A stretch of 64,000 bases of DNA, taken from Candidatus Zixiibacteriota bacterium. GTDB lineage: Bacteria > Zixibacteria > MSB-5A5 > UBA10806 > 4484-95. Both the position numbers and the translations under genes were made by a program. Under the pieces are notes generated by a model. The model worked only from the letters and a program-made list of their open reading frames with translations, ran no database searches and was not told the origin of the DNA. How positions within the stretch are numbered: position 1 is the first letter of the stretch; each line of letters begins with the position of its first letter. This document shows, in pieces, positions 51,994-61,906 of the stretch. The stretch spans positions 465,284-529,283 of the forward strand of contig JBBIRK010000001.1 of NCBI GenBank assembly GCA_037441845.1, in the 5' to 3' direction.

Positions 51994-53270
51994 ACTCAGC
52001 AAATAAAACCGTGCTCGGCCTTCAATGGGGCGATGAGGGCAAAGGAAAGGTGATCGATTTTCTATGTCGGAACGCCGATATAGTGGTTCGATTCGGCGGC
52101 GGAGCCAACGCCGGCCACACCGTGGTCACCGATAGCGGCAAATTCGTCTTACACCTTCTTCCCAGCGGCATGATCCAGTCTCATACGATCTGTTATTTAG
52201 GCGCGGGCGTCGTATGTGATCCCTGGGCTTTGCTCGAGGAAATCGACCTGGTCCGAAAAAGCGGAATAAAAACCGAAGGCAGGATTTTTCTCGACAGCGG
52301 CGCTCATCTCGTTTTGCCCCATCATAAGGCGATCGACCGCTATCTGGAAACCCTCGACAATTCCTCGGCTATCGCCACCACGCTTCGAGGGATAGGCCCG
52401 GCATATGCAGACAAAGCCTTGAGAATCGGGATTACCGCAGGAACCTTGGCAAGTCCGGATACCTTGAGACGACTTGCCGGCAACTTTATCACGCGCAAGC
52501 GCACCTTGCTCCAATCTATCGGGGATCCGGAACTACTTTCGGTCGAAAAACTGACCGAATCGCTGCTGGCGATCGCCGACAAAGTATCTGCATTGGTGGT
52601 CGATGTCACCGGTGAGCTGCGGCGGGCGTCGAACCACGGCAAAAAAATCCTTTTCGAGGGAGCCCAGGGTTCGCTGCTCGATTTATCGCTGGGCACTTAT
52701 CCGTTCGTCACTTCATCGAGCACAACCATCGGCGGCCTTTTCAGCAGTCTCGGTCTTCCGCCCGGGATGCAAGGCGAGACATTCGGGGTGATCAAGGCTT
52801 ACACCACTCGTGTGGGCAACGGACCGTTCCCCACGGAGTTGCGCGATTCAATCGGAGACAAGCTGCGGGAACGCGGCAATGAATTCGGCGCCACCACCGG
52901 CCGACCGCGGCGCACCGGCTGGCTCGATCTTGCGGCCGTGAACAGAACCGCATTCATGAACGGAATCGATCGGCTTGTCATCACTAAGCTGGATGTGCTC
53001 GACGGCCTGAAAGAAATCAAGATATGCACCGCTTATCGTTTCAGGGGCGAAGTTTACGATTTTCCGCCGGTGAACAGCGCTTTCCTCGAAAAGGCCGAGC
53101 CGATCTACGAAACCATGCCGGGATGGTCGGTCGATACTTCCGATATAACCGAATATTCGGGGCTTCCCCCCGAATCTAAACGTTATCTCGACTTTATCCA
53201 AAATCGATTGGGTATAAAGATAAAATACGTATCGACCGGAGCCCACAGTCGGGCCATGATCGAGGTATAA
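51990..53270 (+). CDS. purA: Adenylosuccinate synthetase
   Basis: QWGDEGKGK, GANAGHT, GIGPAY, FEGAQG, GATTGRPRR, TKLDVL. Confidence 0.97.
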   Translation: MNSANKTVLGLQWGDEGKGKVIDFLCRNADIVVRFGGGANAGHTVVTDSGKFVLHLLPSGMIQSHTICYLGAGVVCDPWALLEEIDLVRKSGIKTEGRIFLDSGAHLVLPHHKAIDRYLETLDNSSAIATTLRGIGPAYADKALRIGITAGTLASPDTLRRLAGNFITRKRTLLQSIGDPELLSVEKLTESLLAIADKVSALVVDVTGELRRASNHGKKILFEGAQGSLLDLSLGTYPFVTSSSTTIGGLFSSLGLPPGMQGETFGVIKAYTTRVGNGPFPTELRDSIGDKLRERGNEFGATTGRPRRTGWLDLAAVNRTAFMNGIDRLVITKLDVLDGLKEIKICTAYRFRGEVYDFPPVNSAFLEKAEPIYETMPGWSVDTSDITEYSGLPPESKRYLDFIQNRLGIKIKYVSTGAHSRAMIEV

Positions 53271-53407
53271 ACCGTGAAGAGGCGCCGCTTGAGCAGGTCG
53301 CGAATCCGAAAAAGCAATCGACAAAACGCGCAAAAATCGAATTGATGCCGAAATAATTAAATAGGATAATAAATTCGCCGAACATTAAGTTCGGCACGGA
53401 GGGTGAA

Positions 53408-54904
53408 ATGAAAAGCAGAGCGATCGTTATCTTGGTAGGACTAATCATTCTGCCCGCCTTGGCCGCAGCGGTCGAATGGAACGGGCGATTCGGTGTCGGC
53501 CTGCGGGGCACTCTGTTTTCGCCTATGGTAAAGGGATCAGATTATGCCCCACCTGCCCCGCGTTCGGCCAACGAGCCGTTCATGATGGGGCTCGGCGGCG
53601 AACTCGACCTGAAATATGGATTCACAAAGAGTTTCGTCCTCGGTCTGAGCGCCGGATATTGGTCGGCCTACGACGATCAAACGGCTACGGAAGACCAGTC
53701 TTTCAAACTAAGCGACAATAAGAACGCCTCCGCGAAATGGACGGCGATCCCGATATCGTTGACCGGACAGATATATTTCAATCCGAACGGCAACGTTCAA
53801 CCGTATATCCTTGCCGGTGTGTGCATTGACCTGGCTAAAGTCGAACCTGTCGAAGGCGGCGGGTCTTATTCCATTACCGATGCCAGCGGCCGCGGCGGCG
53901 CCGGTTTCAATTTCTGGATCGGCGAAAGTTTCACGCTCGATATCGGGGGAAGGTTCAATTATCTGCTGGCCAACATGTCGAACGATGTGCCGGCCGATTT
54001 TATCGGCGTCACCGATTTCGGTAAGCCCGCCAACCGACCGTTCATCTCCGTGCTGCAACCCGGTATCGGCATTTCCTACCTATTCGGAGCGCCAAAAGAT
54101 ACGGATAAAGACGGCTATAAAGATAAATACGACCGTTGTCCCGATACGCCGATCGGTGCCGTCGTCGATCAACATGGCTGCCCCCTTGATTCGGACGCCG
54201 ACGGAGTATTCGACGGCCTTGACAAATGCGCCGAGACACCCACCGGGGCTCGCGTCGATCTTAACGGTTGCCCGATTGACTCCGACGGCGATGGTGTTTA
54301 CGACGGCCTCGATCGCTGCCCGGAAACGCCCAATGGGGCGCCTATAGATGCTTTCGGCTGCCCTCTGGATTCCGATAAAGACGGCGTGCCCGATTACCGT
54401 GATCAAGAACAGAATACCCCCGCCGGCGCGGTTGTCGATTCGCTCGGTGTGGCTGTCGATTCCGATAAGGATGGCATCCCCGACGGCCTCGATAAGTGCC
54501 CGAACACCCCGAGCGGCATCGCCGTGGACAGCAGCGGCTGCCCGATGGCCAAACCGATATCGGATAAGATAACGCTCAATATAAATTACCAGCCGAATTC
54601 GGTGGAACCGGACGAGCAGGCCAAAAAACAACTCGACGAACTGGCGATCAGCCTGATCGCCCACCCCGATATCCGGATCGAAATCAACGGTTATACGGAC
54701 GCTCTCGGCTCGGCCCGCACCAACCTGAAAATCTCCCAGGAACGGGCGGAAGCGATCATGACCTACCTTTCGGCCAAGGGAGTGGCTCTCGAAAGAATGA
54801 CGGCGAAAGGGTATGGCGAAGACAAAAACTACTTTATCGCGGACAACGACACTCCCGAGGGCAGAAATAAAAATCGGCGGATCGAAATAGTTCCTATTCG
54901 CTGA
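53408..54904 (+). CDS. OmpA family protein: N-terminal beta-barrel, thrombospondin type 3-like Ca-binding repeats, OmpA C-terminal domain
   Basis: Five DxDxDG..D..D.CP.TP-type repeats; GYTD..G....N..IS..RA and NRRIE. Confidence 0.92.
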   Translation: MKSRAIVILVGLIILPALAAAVEWNGRFGVGLRGTLFSPMVKGSDYAPPAPRSANEPFMMGLGGELDLKYGFTKSFVLGLSAGYWSAYDDQTATEDQSFKLSDNKNASAKWTAIPISLTGQIYFNPNGNVQPYILAGVCIDLAKVEPVEGGGSYSITDASGRGGAGFNFWIGESFTLDIGGRFNYLLANMSNDVPADFIGVTDFGKPANRPFISVLQPGIGISYLFGAPKDTDKDGYKDKYDRCPDTPIGAVVDQHGCPLDSDADGVFDGLDKCAETPTGARVDLNGCPIDSDGDGVYDGLDRCPETPNGAPIDAFGCPLDSDKDGVPDYRDQEQNTPAGAVVDSLGVAVDSDKDGIPDGLDKCPNTPSGIAVDSSGCPMAKPISDKITLNINYQPNSVEPDEQAKKQLDELAISLIAHPDIRIEINGYTDALGSARTNLKISQERAEAIMTYLSAKGVALERMTAKGYGEDKNYFIADNDTPEGRNKNRRIEIVPIR

Positions 54905-54935
54905 ATTCAGCCATCGATTGATTTGGAAAAAACTT

Positions 54936-54963
54936 AAGGCCGCCTCGCTTTGAGGGCGGCCTT
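54936..54963. terminator. Putative bidirectional terminator between convergent genes
   Basis: AAGGCCGCCTC...GAGGGCGGCCTT hairpin. Confidence 0.6.
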
Positions 54964-54992
54964 TAGATCAACCTCCTCGTTTAGGTTCGGCC

Positions 54993-55517
54993 TTACTCGA
55001 TAGCGTACTTACTGAAATGGTAGATGTTGAAACTGACCTTGCCGTCTTTGGCATTGGCCGTTCCTTGGTACACCCAATCCCCCACGTTCGGGTCGAAATA
55101 ATACAGGCTTGCCGACTTGGCCGAAGGATCCAGATCCCTCAGGTCGAAATCGATAGTAGTCGCACGATCGAAAACCAATCCGTCGGGACCGAATTCGAGG
55201 ACAACCGCGTTCTTGCCTAATATAACCTCGCGGCTGGTCTTGATACTAATGATGGTGGCTGCCTTAAGCGCTTTCTGAGGAATCTTGAAAGCGTGATAGC
55301 CGGCAATGTTGTTGATAAGTAATGAATCCGATAAGACCGACACATCCACCAACTTGGACACGGCAACCCCATCCGCCAACAGTATCGTTCTTTGCAGGTT
55401 CGGATTATCATACTCGGGCAAGGCGGTCGGCGGATTTGAAGAACAGCCATAGAACAACCCCGCGGCCAACAATACTACGCTGAGAACTGCGAATGCTTTT
55501 CTTAACCGTTTACTCAT
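54993..55517 (-). CDS. Small ZU5-like domain lipoprotein
   Basis: GGAGG RBS, lipobox FYGC, IPQKAL...EFGPDGLVF...LYYFD...W...HFSKY. Confidence 0.65.
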   Translation of the reverse strand: MSKRLRKAFAVLSVVLLAAGLFYGCSSNPPTALPEYDNPNLQRTILLADGVAVSKLVDVSVLSDSLLINNIAGYHAFKIPQKALKAATIISIKTSREVILGKNAVVLEFGPDGLVFDRATTIDFDLRDLDPSAKSASLYYFDPNVGDWVYQGTANAKDGKVSFNIYHFSKYAIE

Positions 55518-55704
55518 CTTTTGACCTCCCGAGGTTATCGTTAATTTTTTTTGCCAATTCAACTGAGCCCCTTAAGTGCAGGAAATAGACCGTTTGAATG
55601 ATTTTTTGCCAGAAATTGCCAACTGATTGATAGACTGCGAATTATACGGAATTTGCCGGGTGCGCAGATAATTCACAAATTCGTCGATTATGGGGATCTA
55701 TCCA

Positions 55705-58700
55705 TCATCTATGGGATTCGACCAATAATTTTGGGGCCGGCTGAGGTGGTTTTCGCATGATTGCCGCAGCAAGCAACTCGGTGCGGATCGCGGCAAACGA
55801 CTTGAATCCCGCTAATTCCTCAAGGCTCAACGAGCTTTCGATTCGGGCGACCGCCGATTCGGTTTTCTGCCTTGACTTGACTCTTATTTTTGCGCCCGAG
55901 GGCAACGCGGCCGCAAGCAAACCTAATTCAAACCGGCTCAAAACCAAATCATTTCGGTCGGCGCAGGCGATAGCCTTATCGATAATTTTGGCCGCAGCGC
56001 TGTAGTCCCCCATCAAACCGGTCAGCGCAGCAGAGATCTCCTCGATTTCGAGCCTCGTTTCGAGCGACTCGATTTCAGCGAACTCCCGGCGGATCACCGC
56101 CAGCGATTCTTTGAGCGGCTCGAGGTTGCCGTTGAATAGGGCGTGCCATGCCTGTAAGATCCTCGCGTTGGCCTCAAGTTCTTTCGAGCCGATTTCCGCG
56201 CCCTTCGCCGCCAAATCGGATATTACTCGATTGACTTCACGCCCACAGAGTAAAAGCATCCGATTCAGGCGGATACTGTTTTCGGTCGCCAGTTCGTTCT
56301 CGCCAAGTTCATTCGCAAGCTCGATGGATTTTTCCATGTTGGCGATAGCCCCCTCGAACCGGCCGGCATAAAACATGGCATAACCCAAATCGCCGAAGCT
56401 TAACGCCAGGCAATGTCTGTCCCCGATTCGGCGGAATATGTTCAAAGCTTCGTTCAACTTATTCATGGCCTCGCCCAGATAGCCGCGTGAGGTCAGATTG
56501 GTGCCCAGATTGGCACAAGCCAAAGCCTGCGAGCGCGCCGCCCCGATCCGTTTGAATATTTTCTCCGCTTTCGTGTAAGCCGCCGCGGCTTTCTTAAGTT
56601 TTCCCGCCTTATCACTGATTATTCCGAGATTATTGATCACCTTGGACTGCCCGTGCAGATCTTTCAAGCGGCGATATAGAGTCAATGCCTTTTTATAGTG
56701 GCTTTCCGCCTTTTCCAATTCACCTATGGTCCAGAGGCAGATGCCGATATTGTTGTGCACCGAGGCTTGTATCGCCGAGGGTAATTCGTGCTCGCGGAAA
56801 ATCTCCTCCGCCTGACTGTGAAGAACCAGACTTCGCTGTAAGTTTCCCAGCCGTCGCTCGATCGTCCCTCGGCTATCCAGACAAAACGCTTTTACATGAA
56901 AATCGTTTGGAAACGACGTTTCGAGCTCCTCGATCGTCTTAAGAGCGGTTTCATAGGCTGCGGTGGTGCGATAGATTTCGCTCAGTTCTTGAAGCGACTC
57001 CTTGACTTGTTCGTCGTTTTCGCCGATCGATTTGAGCTGATTGAAATCGGCAATCGCCTTATCGTAATCGCCGATTTGCTTCGCCAGCTTTCCTCTCTGC
57101 CGCGAAATTTCCAAAAGATACGAGCGGTCATCTATGTTCCGGGCGATGGCCATGGCCTGGTCATAGAACTCCATCGCCTCGACAGTGGCGAACCTGGCTG
57201 ATGCTTTTTGGGCAGCCATGAATAAATACGGCAAGGCCTCCGTCTGAGAGCCCGCGAGAAGATAGTGTCTGGCCGGCAACTCGGGGTTTTTTAGACGTCC
57301 GGATTTTTTCCCAGCGTAGTAATCCGCAATTCTTCGATGCAAGTCGCGGCGGATGGCGAAAGAAAGACCGTTGTAGGCCACCTCCTGGGTCAGAATATGT
57401 TTGAAAATATATTCGACGATTGGATGATTCCGCTCCAGCGGCGTCAAATCGAGACCGCTTAATTCACGCAGATGATTCCTTATCACGCCGGCCGACCGGG
57501 AATCCGGATGGATCGCCTGGAGCACTTTTAGGGCAAATATCCGCCCGATTACGCTTGCGGCGCGCAAGGTTCTTTTGATAGGCCCCTCGAGATTGTCGAT
57601 TCGGGCGGTGATAACGGCTTCTATGCTCGTGGGGATTCCGTCGCCGCTGAAAATTTTTTCCGGACCAAGTTCGGCGAATGCGCGGGCCATCTCCTCGAGA
57701 TAAAACGGGTTTCCGGCCGACTTTTCGACGATCCTATCGACCAGCGATTCTTCTATGGGGCGGCCCGCGAGTTTTGCCAAGAAAAGGCGCCGCGAATTCA
57801 GCGGTGCAAGGTGACCGAGTTCAATCAGTTCCGTATTCGGCCACCCTTTAATCTGCTCGCAAATCGCACTCGGCCGCACCGCCAGCAAAATCGGCGGGGA
57901 ATCGTTATCCGCCTGAAGATTTCTCAATATCTCGAAAGTGGCGTTATCGATCCACTGAATATCTTCGATGAATATCAGCGATTTGTGTTTGCGATTGACC
58001 TCGGCGATCAATCGACAAATCAACGAACGGATTTTATCTTGCTTGATATTGTCCGGCAAATTCGCCAGCTCAAGCGGCACTGCAAGAGAATAATCGAGCA
58101 GCGGCGCCAATAAAGGTTCCCAATCCGTTTCCTCGATCGATGACAGCAAGTCATGCAAAGCCTGATGCCGTTCGCGGCTGGTCGAATTTTCTTTCAGATC
58201 GAGCAGACCGCACAAAATCATGGTCAGCGGCTCATAGGGAACCTGCTCCGTTCCCTTAAAACAGGCCCCGCTTGCCACTTTCAAGCCGATCTGCCTGGCG
58301 TAAGAAATTAATCGGGCACAAATCGCCGATTTTCCGATTCCGGGTTCGCCGCTTATGGCCAGGACTTTTGGAGTGTCGGGGTTTGTCCGCCTGACGAACT
58401 CCATCCCTCGGTTCAATTCATGTTCACGCCCGACCAGATCCTCGTTTCCGCCCTCGGTTCCCTCGTAACCGATCAACGGCCGGGCAACCACCGATTTTGT
58501 TTTCCCCTTGACCTGCAAATCGATGGACGGGGCGAAATTGAATCCCCTCCCGGCAAGACGGACGGTTTGTTCTCCGCATAGAATCCGGCCTGGGTCTGCT
58601 TTGCTCATCAGCCGGGCCGCCAGATTTATCGCATCACCCATGGCCGTGTATTCGCGCCGATCGTGCCCGCCCACGTCGCCGACATAACATACTCCGGTGT

Positions 58701-59775
58701 TGATTCCATAGCGATGTTTGACCGGAATCGGGAATATCCGGTTTACCTTCTCCAGGCCGCGTTCAATCTGCAATGCTGCCCTCAAGGCGTTGGCGGCATC
58801 GCGGCCCGAGCTTTTAGGAGCTCCAAAAAAGGCCAGAATCTTTTCGCCGGCAGGCGTGGAATCAATGCGCCCCAGCGCTCCTTCAAACCGGACCAGCGCA
58901 TTGTTGATCAAGTCAAAATAATCGGCCAACGCCGCCGTCGCCATGGCGGAATCCTTCTCGAGATTACGCCTAAGCGATTCCACGCCGATAAACAGGCTTG
59001 TCAATATCCTGTGTTCGCCCTCGACCGTACCCCCTCCGGCGGAAAGCAAATCCTCCAAGCCCACGATCAAGAACTCGGACATTTCAGCTGGTATCTTTTT
59101 CAGTTTCCCCTCGGATTTTCTCCTACAACGCCCATACTCCTCTGGCAATGCCGAAAATTCATAGAGGGAAAAACCACCCTCGATCTCTTTCGCTCCCGAC
59201 AAATTCAGGACACGGGCCGCCTCTCCGGTAATCACCATTTCCCCCAGTCCCGCCTTGTCGGCGGCGGCATACGCCTGTTCGACAGCGGGGCCGCAAAACA
59301 GATGATCGCGACGACCGCCGGGTTTGCCCAATAGCAGATTGAACGGCTTTCCCGCGCTCAGGCCGACATGGATCCCCAGCTTGATTTCGCCCTCGGGTGT
59401 GGCGATTCGCCCGTGTTCATCCACCCATGAGATCAACAGTCTGCCGCAGGTGAATGCCCTTTTTATATGATCGTCCCCCGTGAAAAAGACGAGAAACGAA
59501 TCTCCTCCGAATTTTATGACGTCCCCGTTATGATAAAACACTATCTCCAGCAAGGGTGAAAAACAGTCGTTGATGATTCCCGCTAACTTTTCCGCGCCGA
59601 TTCTGCCGACAACCGCCAATTTCTCCGAAAGCGCCGTAAACCCCGACAAATCGGCAAACAAGAGGCTTCCCTCGGGCCGGTCGAGAACGGTTGTCTGTCG
59701 GGAATTTCGACAGATTGATATCAACAAATCGGAAAGATAGGGCCGCCAGAGTTCGGTTCGATCATTTTCGCCCAT
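55705..59775 (-). CDS. Soluble-adenylyl-cyclase-like protein: tandem class III cyclase domains, STAND AAA ATPase and TPR array
   Basis: C1 FADLSGFT, IKFGGD; C2 FFGAP, GINTG...RREYTAMGDAINLAARLM; Walker A GEPGIGKS, Walker B IFIEDIQW, GNPFYLEE; C-terminal NNIG/NNLG/ANLG TPRs. Confidence 0.92.
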   Translation of the reverse strand: MGENDRTELWRPYLSDLLISICRNSRQTTVLDRPEGSLLFADLSGFTALSEKLAVVGRIGAEKLAGIINDCFSPLLEIVFYHNGDVIKFGGDSFLVFFTGDDHIKRAFTCGRLLISWVDEHGRIATPEGEIKLGIHVGLSAGKPFNLLLGKPGGRRDHLFCGPAVEQAYAAADKAGLGEMVITGEAARVLNLSGAKEIEGGFSLYEFSALPEEYGRCRRKSEGKLKKIPAEMSEFLIVGLEDLLSAGGGTVEGEHRILTSLFIGVESLRRNLEKDSAMATAALADYFDLINNALVRFEGALGRIDSTPAGEKILAFFGAPKSSGRDAANALRAALQIERGLEKVNRIFPIPVKHRYGINTGVCYVGDVGGHDRREYTAMGDAINLAARLMSKADPGRILCGEQTVRLAGRGFNFAPSIDLQVKGKTKSVVARPLIGYEGTEGGNEDLVGREHELNRGMEFVRRTNPDTPKVLAISGEPGIGKSAICARLISYARQIGLKVASGACFKGTEQVPYEPLTMILCGLLDLKENSTSRERHQALHDLLSSIEETDWEPLLAPLLDYSLAVPLELANLPDNIKQDKIRSLICRLIAEVNRKHKSLIFIEDIQWIDNATFEILRNLQADNDSPPILLAVRPSAICEQIKGWPNTELIELGHLAPLNSRRLFLAKLAGRPIEESLVDRIVEKSAGNPFYLEEMARAFAELGPEKIFSGDGIPTSIEAVITARIDNLEGPIKRTLRAASVIGRIFALKVLQAIHPDSRSAGVIRNHLRELSGLDLTPLERNHPIVEYIFKHILTQEVAYNGLSFAIRRDLHRRIADYYAGKKSGRLKNPELPARHYLLAGSQTEALPYLFMAAQKASARFATVEAMEFYDQAMAIARNIDDRSYLLEISRQRGKLAKQIGDYDKAIADFNQLKSIGENDEQVKESLQELSEIYRTTAAYETALKTIEELETSFPNDFHVKAFCLDSRGTIERRLGNLQRSLVLHSQAEEIFREHELPSAIQASVHNNIGICLWTIGELEKAESHYKKALTLYRRLKDLHGQSKVINNLGIISDKAGKLKKAAAAYTKAEKIFKRIGAARSQALACANLGTNLTSRGYLGEAMNKLNEALNIFRRIGDRHCLALSFGDLGYAMFYAGRFEGAIANMEKSIELANELGENELATENSIRLNRMLLLCGREVNRVISDLAAKGAEIGSKELEANARILQAWHALFNGNLEPLKESLAVIRREFAEIESLETRLEIEEISAALTGLMGDYSAAAKIIDKAIACADRNDLVLSRFELGLLAAALPSGAKIRVKSRQKTESAVARIESSLSLEELAGFKSFAAIRTELLAAAIMRKPPQPAPKLLVESHR

Positions 59776-59780
59776 AACCG

Positions 59781-60128
59781 CTACCCGGTCATGAAAAGCC
59801 TATATATATACAATACCGTGATATGTAAAGCCTGATCGATATAATAAAACTGTTTCGAATGATTTCCCCAACGTCCTTTATAAAAATCCTGCAGCCAGTG
59901 TTGAATCAATAGAAAGCCCAGGAAAAACAGGCTCCCCGCTGACAAGAAAAGCCGTGAATCGGACAGTAGAGAATAAGCGACGATAGCCGCCCAAATCGAT
60001 ACCACGTAAATCATCGAATGAAGCGTTAAATGCTTAAGCGATTCTTTTTTCTTGTTGGCTACATGATCGGTCTGGAAAGCGTAATCGCCGTAAAAATGCC
60101 CCAGAAGTAGAAAAAACATGAGATCCAT
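59781..60128 (-). CDS. DUF3307 family membrane protein
   Basis: LLGHFYGDYAFQT, L..HS, HWLQD, DQALH in 3-4 TM helices. Confidence 0.85.
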   Translation of the reverse strand: MDLMFFLLLGHFYGDYAFQTDHVANKKKESLKHLTLHSMIYVVSIWAAIVAYSLLSDSRLFLSAGSLFFLGFLLIQHWLQDFYKGRWGNHSKQFYYIDQALHITVLYIYRLFMTG

Positions 60129-60137
60129 GGTGTCGCC

Positions 60138-61766
60138 TCATCCGGTGGGCACCGTTCCGGCTATGGCGGCACTTTCGAGACTTATGGGAAATTCAATATT
60201 GAAAATCGCTCCACCCTCGGGATTATTTTCCGCCCAAACTTTTCCCCCATGATTTTTCGCCACCCGCTTGACCGCCAGCAGGCCGAACCCGTGCCCGGTG
60301 CTCTTGCTGGTGAAATGCTGCCGGAACACTTTGCCGAGGTTTTCCGGACTCAGGCCGACTCCGTTGTCGATTATCGAAATTCGTATCGAGGAGCTGTTTT
60401 CGATATAGGTGGCCTTGATTTTGATAAGGCGGTTTGTCTTGTCGTTGGCGGACAGGGCGTCGGCGGCATTGTTCAACAGGTTCAACAAAGCCTGTTGCAG
60501 CTGACTCTTGTCGGCGGTGATCGGCGGCATATTCGGCGCAAATTCGCAAATGAATTGGACGTCATCGAACCGGTTTTGCGCTTTGATGAAAAACAGCTCG
60601 TTTTCGAGGAATCTCTGGAGATCGAATTTCTCCTTATGCGGCACGGGACGGGAATACATCATGAGGCCGTCGGCAAAACGCGTGATTTTATCCAGGCCGT
60701 CTTTCATGGCGTTGATTTTCCGCGACGCCGAAGCGATATTTCCCGAGTCGAGATCCATTTGGAGAAGTTCGAGATTGCCTATGACTATCGAAAGATAATT
60801 GTTCAATTCGTGTGCGATTTCGGCGGCGAGCTCCCCGCGGGTGGCCATCCGCTCGAGCGTCAGCATCTGCCGCTCGAAATTCTTTTCGGCGGTGATATCG
60901 CGCCCCATGTAAAGGCTGGCGAAATCGCCCCCGCGTTCGTTGAAAACTCTGGCGCCGACGAGCTCGACAAATATGCGGTCGCCCGATTTATTCACGGCCA
61001 GAGTTTCACCCCTGAAGACCTGACCTTGGGCGAGGCATTTTTCTATTTCCTCTATTACGTCGTCTTTGCCGGCCGGCTGCAGCAATTCCCGGATCGTCCG
61101 GCCGGCCGCCTCTTGGAACGAATAGCCGAAAGTGGTCTTGGCCGCGTCATTGAAAATGAACACCTTGCCGCCGGCGTCGGCCACGATCATGAAAAATTGC
61201 GACGAGGAGATAATCTTTTCCAAAAACTTATTGGCCGTTTTCAGATTGGTGTAAGACTGCTCGAGTTCGTTGGAGGTTTCTTGAAGGCGCCGGTAAGCCT
61301 GTTCAAGCTGTTCGTTCTTGATCTGCAGGTCGTTGATCATTTTCAGATCGGCCTGCCGCAGGCGCGACGAGAGCGACTCCATCACTTTCATCGCTATTAT
61401 CGGATTCTGACCGATCAGGCGCGTGAAATCCTCCCGGCTGATTTCTAACACCACGCAATCGCCTATCGCCCGGGCCGTGGCGAAACGGGGTGACTCCTCG
61501 AGAAGCGACATCTCCCCCAGAAACTCCCCCTTGCTGCGCAGCGCCAAGCGATAAGTATTGCCGGTCGCGGAATCGTTTTTAAGAATCTCGAGGGTGCCTT
61601 CCTTTATTATGTAGCAGGTGGAGGCTCTATCCCCCTCAAGAAATAATACTTCCCCCGACGAAAGGTGCTTCTTTTTCGCAACCGCGCTGAGATCGCTGAT
61701 CAAATCTTGCGGCAAATGCCCGAATATCGGCACCTGCCCGATAAGCAACTTGGTTGTTTCAGACAT
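60138..61766 (-). CDS. cNMP-binding domain - coiled coil - PAS - histidine kinase
   Basis: CRP-type LFLEGD...GEFLGEMSLL...PRFATARA; PAS (FNDAA...FGYS); H-box AHELNN; N/G boxes NLLNNAADA, DNGVG, GHGFGL. Confidence 0.92.
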   Translation of the reverse strand: MSETTKLLIGQVPIFGHLPQDLISDLSAVAKKKHLSSGEVLFLEGDRASTCYIIKEGTLEILKNDSATGNTYRLALRSKGEFLGEMSLLEESPRFATARAIGDCVVLEISREDFTRLIGQNPIIAMKVMESLSSRLRQADLKMINDLQIKNEQLEQAYRRLQETSNELEQSYTNLKTANKFLEKIISSSQFFMIVADAGGKVFIFNDAAKTTFGYSFQEAAGRTIRELLQPAGKDDVIEEIEKCLAQGQVFRGETLAVNKSGDRIFVELVGARVFNERGGDFASLYMGRDITAEKNFERQMLTLERMATRGELAAEIAHELNNYLSIVIGNLELLQMDLDSGNIASASRKINAMKDGLDKITRFADGLMMYSRPVPHKEKFDLQRFLENELFFIKAQNRFDDVQFICEFAPNMPPITADKSQLQQALLNLLNNAADALSANDKTNRLIKIKATYIENSSSIRISIIDNGVGLSPENLGKVFRQHFTSKSTGHGFGLLAVKRVAKNHGGKVWAENNPEGGAIFNIEFPISLESAAIAGTVPTG

Positions 61767-61906
61767 AACGATTAACCTTGACATTATGGTTATCGTCATA
61801 TATATCATTAACATAAGTCTTCGGAAACAGAGCGGGAAAAAGGCTTTTAAGGATGGTAACATAATGGAACCGGCTGCTGATGCCGATAGTTAATGAGAAT
61901 TCGATT

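Noticed and set aside
54090..54545. Tandem ~57 nt repeats that could be mistaken for a CRISPR or DNA repeat array
   Set aside because: Degenerate at DNA level and explained by coding TSP3-like repeats of the OmpA protein
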